A stretch of 64,000 nt of DNA, from the NCBI RefSeq assembly GCF_009914755.1, contig NC_060928.1; one strand, 5' to 3'. The notes beneath the pieces were generated by a model. The model worked only from the letters and a program-made list of their open reading frames with translations, made no database searches and was not told the DNA's origin. The position numbers and the translations under genes are program-made. This DNA comes from the human T2T-CHM13v2.0 reference genome, Homo sapiens. Of the stretch, positions 1 to 10,371 are shown piece after piece; the first letter of the stretch is position 1, and every line of letters begins with the position of its first letter.

Positions 1-125
1 ATTCTCAGAAACTTGTTTGTGATGTGTGTATTCAACTAACAGAGTTGAACTTTTGTTTTTACAGAGCCGTTTTAAAACACTCTTTTTGTGGAATCAGAAA
101 GTGGATATTCGGATGGCTCTGAGGA

Positions 126-142
126 TTTCGTTGGAAGCGGGA
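126..142 (+). other. CENP-B box, intact (M1); recurs in every unit
   Basis: TTTCGTTGGAAGCGGGA fits the nTTCGnnnnAnnCGGGn core. Confidence 0.93.
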
Positions 143-463
143 TTACATATAAAATCTAGAGAGAAGCATTCTCAGGAACTTCTTTGTGATGTTTGCATTG
201 AAGTCACAGAATTGAACATTCACTTTGATAGAGCAGGTTTGAAACACTCATTCTGTAGTATCTGGAAGTGGACATTTCAAGCGCTTTCAGGCCTATGGTG
301 AGAAAGGAAATATCTTCGAATAAAAACTAGACAGAAGCATCCTCAGAAACTTATTTGTGATGTGTGTCCTCAACTAACAGAGTTGAAACTTTGTTTTGAT
401 ACAGCATTTTGGAAACACTCTTTTTGTAGAATCTGCAGGTGGATATTTGGATAGCTTAGAGGG

Positions 464-480
464 ATTCGTTGGAAAGGGGA
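464..480 (+). other. Degenerate CENP-B box (M3)
   Basis: ATTCGTTGGAAAGGGGA: the CGGG core reads GGGG. Confidence 0.88.
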
Positions 481-633
481 TATCTTCATATAAAATCTAG
501 ACAGAAGCATTCTCAGAAACTTATTTGTGATGTGTGTCCTCAACTAACAGAGTTGAACCTTGGTTTTGATACAGCATTTTGGAAACACTCCTTTTGTAGA
601 ATCTGCAGGTGGATATGTGGATAGCTCTGAAGA

Positions 634-650
634 TTTCGTTGGAAACGGGA
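634..650 (+). other. CENP-B box, intact (M4)
   Basis: TTTCGTTGGAAACGGGA. Confidence 0.93.
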
Positions 651-974
651 ATTTCTTCATATAAAATCAAACAGAAGCATTCTCAGAAACTTCTCAGTGA
701 TGTTTGCATTCAGCTCATGGAGTTGAACACTTCCTTTCATAGAGCCGGTTTGAAACACTCTTTCTGCACTACCTGGAAGAGGACATTTCGAGCGCTTTGA
801 GTCCTATGGTGAAAAAGGAAATATCTTCTCATAAAAACCAGAAAGAAGCATTCTCAGAAACTACTTTGTGTTGTGTGTACTCATGTAACAGTGTTGAACC
901 ATCCTTTTGACAGAGCAGTTTTGAAACACTCTTTTTGTAGAATCTGCAAGTGGATATTTGGATAGCTTTGAGGA

Positions 975-991
975 TTTCGTTGGAAACGGGA
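975..991 (+). other. CENP-B box, intact (M6)
   Basis: TTTCGTTGGAAACGGGA. Confidence 0.93.
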
Positions 992-1312
992 TGACATATA
1001 ATCTCTAGAGAGAAGCATACTCAGGAACTTCTTTGTGATGTTTGCATTCAAGTCACAGAATTGAACATTCCCTTTCATAGAGCAGGTTTGAAACACTCTT
1101 TCTCTAGTATCTGGAAGTGGGCATTTCAAGCGCTTTCAGGCCTATGGAGAGAAAGGAAATACCTTCAAATAAAAACTAGACAGAAGCATTCTCAGAAACT
1201 TATTTGTGATGTGTGTCCTCAACTAACAGAGTTGAACCTTTGTTTTGATACAGCATTTTGGAAACACTCCTTTTGTAGAATCTGCAGGTGGATATTTGGA
1301 TAACTTTGAAGA

Positions 1313-1329
1313 TTTCGTTGGAAACCGGA
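1313..1329 (+). other. Degenerate CENP-B box (M8)
   Basis: TTTCGTTGGAAACCGGA: the CGGG core reads CCGG. Confidence 0.88.
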
Positions 1330-1655
1330 ATATCTTCATATAAAATCAAGACAGAAGCATTCTCGGAAACATCTCTGTGATGTTTGCATTCAACTCAGTA
1401 GAGTTGAACACTTCCTTTCATAGAGCCGGTTTGAAACACTCTTTCTGCACTACCTGGAAGCGGACATTTCGAGCGCTTTGAGGCCTATGGTGAAAAAGGA
1501 AATATCTTCTCATAAAAACCAGAAAGAAGCATTCTCAGAAACTTCTTTGTGTTGTGTGTACTCAAGTAACAGTGTTGAACCTTCCTTTTGACACAGCAGT
1601 TTTGAAACACTCTTTTGGTAGAATCTGCAAGTGGATATTTGGATAGCTTTGAGGA

Positions 1656-1672
1656 TTTCGTTGGAAACGGGT
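1656..1672 (+). other. CENP-B box, intact (M10)
   Basis: TTTCGTTGGAAACGGGT. Confidence 0.92.
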
Positions 1673-1825
1673 TATCTTCATATAAAATCCAGACAGGAGC
1701 ATTCTCAGAAACTTCTTTGTGCTGCATGTCCTCAATTCACAGAGCTGAACCTTTGTTTGGATACAGCATTTTGGAAACATTCCTTTAGTAGAATCTGCAA
1801 GTTGATATTTAGATAGCTTTGAAGA

Positions 1826-1842
1826 TTTCGTTGGAAACGGGA
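1826..1842 (+). other. CENP-B box, intact (M11)
   Basis: TTTCGTTGGAAACGGGA, 170 bp after the M10 box. Confidence 0.93.
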
Positions 1843-2165
1843 ATATCTTCATAGAAAATCTAGACGGAAGCATTCTCAGAAACTGCTTTGTGATGTTTGC
1901 ATTCAAGTCACAGAGTTGAATATTCCCTTTTATAGAGTAGGTTTGAAACACTCTTTCGGCACTACCTGGAAGTGGATATTTCGAGCTCTTTGAGGCCTAT
2001 GGTTAAAAGGAAATATCTTCCCATAAAAACTAGACAGAAGCCGTCTCAGAAACTTGTTTGTGATGTGTGTATTCAACTAACAGAGTTGAACATTTCTGTT
2101 ACAGAGCAATTTTAAAACACTCTTTTTGTGGAATCTGAAAGTGGATAATTGGATAGCTTTGTGGA

Positions 2166-2182
2166 TTTCGTTGGAAACGGGA
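2166..2182 (+). other. CENP-B box, intact (M13)
   Basis: TTTCGTTGGAAACGGGA. Confidence 0.93.
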
Positions 2183-2503
2183 TGACATATAAAATCTAGA
2201 GAGAAGCATTCTCAGGAACTTCTTTCTGATGTTTGCATTCAAGTCACAGAATTGAACATTCCTTTTCATAGTGCAGGTTTGAAACACTCTTTCTGTAGTA
2301 TCTGGAAGTGGACATTTCAAGCGCTTTCAGGCCTACGGGGAGAAAGGAAATATCTTCAAATAAAAACTAGACAGAAGGATTCTCAGAAACTTATTTGTGA
2401 TGTGTGTCCTAAACGAACACAGTTGAACCTTTGTTTTGATACAGCATTTTGGAAACACTCCTTTTGTAGGATCTGCAGGTGGATATTTGGATAGATTTTA
2501 AGA

Positions 2504-2520
2504 TTTCGTTGGAAACGGGA
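2504..2520 (+). other. CENP-B box, intact (M15)
   Basis: TTTCGTTGGAAACGGGA. Confidence 0.93.
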
Positions 2521-2845
2521 GTTTCTTCATAGAAACTCAAGACAGATGCATTCTCAGAAACATCTCTGTGATGTTTGCATTCCACTCATAGAGTTGAAAA
2601 CTTCCTTTCATAGAGCAGGTTTGAAACACTCTTTTTGTAATATTTGGAAGTGGACATTTGCAGCACTTTGAGGCCTATGGTGAAAAAGGAAATATCTTCT
2701 CATAAAAACCAGAAACAAGCATTCTCAGAAACTTCTTTTTGATGTGTGTACTCAAGTAACAGAGTTAAACCTTCCTTTTGACACAGCAGTTTTGAAACAA
2801 TCTTTTTGTAGAATCTGCAAGTGGATATTTGGATAGCTTTGAGGA

Positions 2846-2862
2846 TTTCGTTGGAAACGGGA
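2846..2862 (+). other. CENP-B box, intact (M17)
   Basis: TTTCGTTGGAAACGGGA. Confidence 0.93.
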
Positions 2863-3011
2863 TATCTTCATATAAAATCTAGACAGAAGCATTCTCAGAA
2901 ACTTCTTTGTGCTGTATGCCCTCAATTAACAGAGTTGAACCATTGGATACAGCATTTTGGAAACATTCCTTGAGTAGAATCTGCAAGTTGATATTTAGAT
3001 AGATTTGAAGA

Positions 3012-3028
3012 TTTCATTGGAAAAGGGA
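3012..3028 (+). other. Degenerate CENP-B box (M18)
   Basis: TTTCATTGGAAAAGGGA here and TTTCGTTGGAAAAGGGA in other units; CGGG is lost in all units. Confidence 0.88.
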
Positions 3029-3228
3029 ATATCTCCATATAAAATCTAGAGGGAAGCATTCTCAGAAACTGCTTTGTGATGTTTCCATTCAAGTCACAGA
3101 GTTGAATATTCCCTTTTATAGAGCACGTTTGAAATACTCTTTCTGCACTATCTGGAAGTGGACATTTCGAGCGCTTTGAGGCCTATGGTGAAAAAGGAAA
3201 TATCTTCCCATAAAAACTAGACAGAAGC

Positions 3229-6200
3229 ATTCTCAGAAACTTGTTTGTGATGTGTGTATTCAACTAACAGAGTTGAACTTTTGTTTTTACAGAGCCGTTT
3301 TAAAACACTCTTTTTGTGGAATCAGAAAGTGGATATTCGGATGGCTCTGAGGATTTCGTTGGAAGCGGGATTACATATAAAATCTAGAGAGAAGCATTCT
3401 CAGGAACTTCTTTGTGATGTTTGCATTGAAGTCACAGAATTGAACATTCACTTTGATAGAGCAGGTTTGAAACACTCATTCTGTAGTATCTGGAAGTGGA
3501 CATTTCAAGCGCTTTCAGGCCTATGGTGAGAAAGGAAATATCTTCGAATAAAAACTAGACAGAAGCATCCTCAGAAACTTATTTGTGATGTGTGTCCTCA
3601 ACTAACAGAGTTGAAACTTTGTTTTGATACAGCATTTTGGAAACACTCTTTTTGTAGAATCTGCAGGTGGATATTTGGATAGCTTAGAGGGATTCGTTGG
3701 AAAGGGGATATCTTCATATAAAATCTAGACAGAAGCATTCTCAGAAACTTATTTGTGATGTGTGTCCTCAACTAACAGAGTGGAACCTTGGTTTTGATAC
3801 AGCATTTTGGAAACACTCCTTTTGTAGAATCTGCAGGTGGATATGTGGATAGCTCTGAAGATTTCGTTGGAAACGGGAATTTCTTCATATAAAATCAAAC
3901 AGAAGCATTCTCAGAAACTTCTCAGTGATGTTTGCATTCAGCTCATGGAGTTGAACACTTCCTTTCATAGAACCGGTTTGAAACACTCTTTCTGCACTAC
4001 CTGGAAGAGGACATTTCGAGCGCTTTGAGTCCTATGGTGAAAAAGGAAATATCTTCTCATAAAAACCAGAAAGAAGCATTCTCAGAAACTTCTTTGTGTT
4101 GTGTGTACTCATGTAACAGTGTTGAACCATCCTTTTGACAGAGCAGTTTTGAAACACTCTTTTTGTAGAATCTGCAAGTGGATATTTGGATAGCTTTGAG
4201 GATTTCGTTGGAAACGGGATGACATATAATATCTAGAGAGAAGCATTCTCAGGAACTTCTTTGTGATGTTTGCATTCAAGTCACAGAATTGAACATTCCC
4301 TTTCATAGAGCAGGTTTGAAACACTCTTTCTCTAGTATCTGGAAGTGGGCATTTCAAGCGCTTTCAGGCCTATGGAGAGAAAGGAAATACCTTCAAATAA
4401 AAACTAGACAGAAGCATTCTCAGAAACTTATTTGTGATGTGTGTCCTCAACTAACAGAGTTGAACCTTGGTTTTGATACAGCATTTTGGAAACGCTCCTT
4501 TTGTAGAATCTGCAGGTGGATATGTGGATAGCTCTGAAGATTTCGTTGGAAACGGGCATTTCTTCATATAAAATCAAACAGAAGCATTCTCAGAAACTTC
4601 TCAGTGATGTTTGCATTCAGCTCATGGAGTTGAACACTTCCTTTCATAGAACCGGTTTGAAACACTCTTTCTGCACTACCTGGAAGAGGACATTTCGAGC
4701 GCTTTGAGTCCTATGGTGAAAAAGGAAATATCTTCTCATAAAAACCAGAAAGAAGCATTCTCAGAAACTTCTTTGTGTTGTGTGTACTCATGTAACAGTG
4801 TTGAACCATCCTTTTGACAGAGCAGTTTTGAAACACTCTTTTTGTAGAATCTGCAAGTGGATATTTGGATAGCTTTGAGGATTTCGTTGGAAACGGGATG
4901 ACATATAATATCTAGAGAGAAGCATTCTCAGGAACTTCTTTGTGATGTTTGCATTCAAGTCACAGAATTGAACATTCCCTTTCATAGAGCAGGTTTGAAA
5001 CACTCTTTCTCTAGTATCTGGAAGTGGGCATTTCAAGCGCTTTCAGGCCTATGGAGAGAAAGGAAATACCTTCAAATAAAAACTAGACAGAAGCATTCTC
5101 AGAAACTTATTTGTGATGTGTGTCCTCAACTAACAGAGTTGAACCTTTGTTTTGATACAGCATTTTGGAAACACTCCTTTTGTAGAATCTGCAGGTGGAT
5201 ATTTGGATAACTTTGAAGATTTCATTGGAAACCGGAATATCTTCATATAAAATCAAGACAGAAGCATTCTCGGAAACATCTCTGTGATGTTTGCATTCAA
5301 CTCAGTAGAGTTGAACACTTCCTTTCATAGAGCCGGTTTGAAACACTCTTTCTGCACTACCTGGAAGCGGACATTTCGAGCGCTTTGAGGCCTATGGTGA
5401 AAAAGGAAATATCTTCTCATAAAAACCAGAAAGAAGCATTCTCAGAAACTTCTTTGTGTTGTGTGTACTCAAGTAACAGTGTTGAACCTTCCTTTTGACA
5501 CGGCAGTTTTGAAACACTCTTTTGGTAGAATCTGCAAGTGGATATTTGGATAGCTTTGAGGATTTCGTTGGAAACGGGTTATCTTCATATAAAATCCAGA
5601 CAGGAGCATTCTCAGAAACTTCTTTGTGCTGCATGTCCTCAATTCACAGAGCTGAACCTTTGTTTGGATACAGCATTTTGGAAACATTCCTTTAGTAGAA
5701 TCTGCAAGTTGATATTTAGATAGCTTTGAAGATTTCGTTGGAAACGGGAATATCTTCATAGAAAATCTAGACGGAAGCATTCTCAGAAACTGCTTTGTGA
5801 TGTTTGCATTCAAGTCACAGAGTTGAATATTCCCTTTTATAGAGTAGGTTTGAAACACTCTTTTGGCACTACCTGGAAGTGGATATTTCGAGCTCTTTGA
5901 GGCCTATGGTTAAAAGGAAATATCTTCCCATAAAAACTAGACAGAAGCCGTCTCAGAAACTTGTTTGTGATGTGTGTATTCAACTAACAGAGTTGAACAT
6001 TTCTGTTACAGAGCAATTTTAAAACACTCTTTTTGTGGAATCTGAAAGTGGATAATTGGATAGCTTTGTGGATTTCGTTGGAAACGGGATGACGTATAAA
6101 ATCTAGAGAGAAGCATTCTCAGGAACTTGTTTGTGATGTTTGCATTCAAGTCACAGAATTGAACATTCCCTTTCATAGAGCAGGTTTGAAACACTCTTTC

Positions 6201-7139
6201 TCTAGTATCTGGAAGTGGGCATTTCAAGCGCTTTCAGGCCTATGGAGAGAAAGGAAATACCTTCAAATAAAAACTAGACAGAAGCATTCTCAGAAACTTA
6301 TTTGTGATGTGTGTCCTCAACTAACAGAGTTGAACCTTTGTTTTGATACAGCATTTTGGAAACACTCCTTTTGTAGGATCTGCAGGTGGATATTTGGATA
6401 GATTTTAAGATTTCGTTGGAAACGGGAGTTTCTTCATAGAAACTCAAGACAGATGCATTCTCAGAAACATCTCTGTGATGTTTGCATTCCACTCATAGAT
6501 TTGAAAACTTCCTTTCATAGAGCAGGTTTGAAACACTCTTTTTGTAATATTTGGAAGTGGACATTTGCAGCGCTTTGAGGCCTATGGTGAAAAAGGAAAT
6601 ATCTTCTCATAAAAACCAGAAACAAGCATTCTCAGAAACTTCTTTTTGATGTGTGTACTCAAGTAACAGAGTTGAACCTTCCTTTTGACACAGCAGTTTT
6701 GAAACAATCTTTTTGTAGAATCTGCAAGTGGATATTTGGATAGCTTTGAGGATTTCGTTGGAAACGGGATATCTTCATATAAAATCTAGACAGAAGCATT
6801 CTCAGAAACTTCTTTGTGCTGTATGTCCTCAATTAACAGAGTTGAACCATTGCTTGGATACAGCATTTTGGAAACATTCCTTGAGTAGAATCTGCAAGTT
6901 GATATTTAGATAGATTTGAAGATTTCGTTGGAAAAGGGAATATCTCCATATAAAATCTAGAGGGAAGCATTCTCAGAAACTGCTTTGTGATGTTTCCATT
7001 CAAGTCACAGAGTTGAATATTCCCTTTTATAGAGCACGTTTGAAACACTCTTTCTGCACTATCTGGAAGTGGACATTTCGAGCGCTTTGAGGCCTATGGT
7101 GAAAAAGGAAATATCTTCCCATAAAAACTAGACAGAAGC
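3229..7139 (+). repeat. HOR unit 2, 23-mer (3911 bp; M4-M7 duplicated)
   Basis: 3232+679 bp; M4-M7 occur at 3737-4415 and again at 4416-5094. Confidence 0.95.
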
Positions 7140-10100
7140 ATTCTCAGAAACTTGTTTGTGATGTGTGTATTCAACTAACAGAGTTGAACTTTTGTTTTTA
7201 CAGAGCCGTTTTAAAACACTCTTTTTGTGGAATCAGAAAGTGGATATTCGGATGGCTCTGAGGATTTCGTTGGAAGCGGGATTACATATAAAATCTAGAG
7301 AGAAGCATTCTCAGGAACTTCTTTGTGATGTTTGCATTGAAGTCACAGAATTGAACATTCACTTTGATAGAGCAGGTTTGAAACACTCATTCTGTAGTAT
7401 CTGGAAGTGGACATTTCAAGCGCTTTCAGGCCTATGGTGAGAAAGGAAATATCTTCGAATAAAAACTAGACAGAAGCATCCTCAGAAACTTATTTGTGAT
7501 GTGTGTCCTCAACTAACAGAGTTGAAACTTTGTTTTGATACAGCATTTTGGAAACACCCTTTTTGTAGAATCTGCAGGTGGATATTTGGATAGCTTAGAG
7601 GGATTCGTTGGAAAGGGGATATCTTCATATAAAATCTAGACAGAAGCATTCTCAGAAACTTATTTGTGATGTGTGTCCTCAACTAACAGAGTTGAACCTT
7701 GGTTTTGATACAGCATTTTGGAAACGCTCCTTTTGTAGAATCTGCAGGTGGATATGTGGATAGCTCTGAAGATTTCGTTGGAAACGGGAATTTCTTCATA
7801 TAAAATCAAACAGAAGCATTCTCAGAAACTTCTCAGTGATGTTTGCATTCAGCTCATGGAGTTGAACACTTCCTTTCATAGAGCCGGTTTGAAACACTCT
7901 TTCTGCACTACCTGGAAGAGGACATTTCGAGCGCTTTGAGTCCTATGGTGAAAAAGGAAATATCTTCTCATAAAAACCAGAAAGAAGCATTCTCAGAAAC
8001 TACTTTGTGTTGTGTGTACTCATGTAACAGTGTTGAACCATCCTTTTGACAGAGCAGTTTTGAAACACTCTTTTTGTAGAATCTGCAAGTGGATATTTGG
8101 ATAGCTTTGAGGATTTCGTTGGAAACGGGATGACATATAATCTCTAGAGAGAAGCATACTCAGGAACTTCTTTGTGATGTTTGCATTCAAGTCACAGAAT
8201 TGAACATTCCCTTTCATAGAGCAGGTTTGAAACACTCTTTCTCTAGTATCTGGAAGTGGGCATTTCAAGCGCTTTCAGGCCTATGGAGAGAAAGGAAATA
8301 CCTTCAAATAAAAACTAGACAGAAGCATTCTCAGAAACTTATTTGTGATGTGTGTCCTCAACTAACAGAGTTGAACCTTTGTTTTGATACAGCATTTTGG
8401 AAACACTCCTTTTGTAGAATCTGCAGGTGGATATTTGGATAACTTTGAAGATTTCGTTGGAAACCGGAATATCTTCATATAAAATCAAGACAGAAGCATT
8501 CTCGGAAACATCTCTGTGATGTTTGCATTCAACTCAGTAGAGTTGAACACTTCCTTTCATAGAGCCGGTTTGAAACACTCTTTCTGCACTACCTGGAAGC
8601 GGACATTTCGAGCGCTTTGAGGCCTATGGTGAAAAAGGAAATATCTTCTCATAAAAACCAGAAAGAAGCATTCTCAGAAACTTCTTTGTGTTGTGTGTAC
8701 TCAAGTAACAGTGTTGAACCTTCCTTTTGACACAGCAGTTTTGAAACACTCTTTTGGTAGAATCTGCAAGTGGATATTTGGATAGCTTTGAGGATTTCGT
8801 TGGAAACGGGTTATCTTCATATAAAATCCAGACAGGAGCATTCTCAGAAACTTCTTTGTGCTGCATGTCCTCAATTCACAGAGCTGAACCTTTGTTTGGA
8901 TACAGCATTTTGGAAACATTCCTTTAGTAGAATCTGCAAGTTGATATTTAGATAGCTTTGAAGATTTCGTTGGAAACGGGAATATCTTCATAGAAAATCT
9001 AGACGGAAGCATTCTCAGAAACTGCTTTGTGATGTTTGCATTCAAGTCACAGAGTTGAATATTCCCTTTTATAGAGTAGGTTTGAAACACTCTTTCGGCA
9101 CTACCTGGAAGTGGATATTTCGAGCTCTTTGAGGCCTATGGTTAAAAGGAAATATCTTCCCATAAAAACTAGACAGAAGCCGTCTCAGAAACTTGTTTGT
9201 GATGTGTGTATTCAACTAACAGAGTTGAACATTTCTGTTACAGAGCAATTTTAAAACACTCTTTTTGTGGAATCTGAAAGTGGATAATTGGATAGCTTTG
9301 TGGATTTCGTTGGAAACGGGATGACGTATAAAATCTAGAGAGAAGCATTCTCAGGAACTTCTTTGTGATGTTTGCATTCAAGTCACAGAATTGAACATTC
9401 CTTTTCATAGTGCAGGTTTGAAACACTCTTTCTGTAGTATCTGGAAGTGGACATTTCAAGCGCTTTCAGGCCTACGGGGAGAAAGGAAATATCTTCAAAT
9501 AAAAACTAGACAGAAGGATTCTCAGAAACTTATTTGTGATGTGTGTCCTAAACGAACACAGTTGAACCTTTGTTTTGATACAGCATTTTGGAAACACTCC
9601 TTTTGTAGGATCTGCAGGTGGATATTTGGATAGATTTTAAGATTTCGTTGGAAACGGGAGTTTCTTCATAGAAACTCAAGACAGATGCATTCTCAGAAAC
9701 ATCTCTGTGATGTTTGCATTCCACTCATAGATTTGAAAACTTCCTTTCATAGAGCAGGTTTGAAACACTCTTTTTGTAATATTTGGAAGTGGACATTTGC
9801 AGCGCTTTGAGGCCTATGGTGAAAAAGGAAATATCTTCTCATAAAAACCAGAAACAAGCATTCTCAGAAACTTCTTTTTGATGTGTGTACTCAAGTAACA
9901 GAGTTGAACCTTCCTTTTGACACAGCAGTTTTGAAACAATCTTTTTGTAGAATCTGCAAGTGGATATTTGGATAGCTTTGAGGATTTCGTTGGAAACGGG
10001 ATATCTTCATATAAAATCTAGACAGAAGCATTCTCAGAAACTTCTTTGTGCTGTATGTCCTCAATTAACAGAGTTGAACCATTGCTTGGATACAGCATTT

Positions 10101-10371
10101 TGGAAACATTCCTTGAGTAGAATCTGCAAGTTGATATTTAGATAGATTTGAAGATTTCGTTGGAAAAGGGAATATCTCCATATAAAATCTAGAGGGAAGC
10201 ATTCTCAGAAACTGCTTTGTGATGTTTCCATTCAAGTCACAGAGTTGAATATTCCCTTTTATAGAGCACGTTTGAAACACTCTTTCTGCACTATCTGGAA
10301 GTGGACATTTCGAGCGCTTTGAGGCCTATGGTGAAAAAGGAAATATCTTCCCATAAAAACTAGACAGAAGC
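7140..10371 (+). repeat. HOR unit 3, canonical 19-mer (3232 bp)
   Basis: Spacing of the unit-start marker ORF 7165 to 10397. Confidence 0.95.

Larger units (their letters stand above)
1..3228 (+). repeat. HOR unit 1, 19-mer (3228 bp; 4-bp deletion in M18)
   Basis: Monomer starts at 1,168,339,509,679,850,1017,1188,1359,1531,1701,1872,2042,2208,2379,2550,2721,2891,3058; the next unit starts at 3229. Confidence 0.95.

Noticed and set aside
147-160. TATA-like motifs (catataaaa) and short palindromes (tctaga, agcgct)
   Set aside because: These are ordinary parts of the alpha-satellite consensus; promoter or hairpin function cannot be supported from sequence alone.
1-3228. Assignment to the chr9 D9Z4 array because of 7-mer/4-mer substructure
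   Set aside because: The two 7-mer halves are clearly diverged and the true high-identity period is 19 monomers, which fits chr4 better. A database comparison is needed to settle this.
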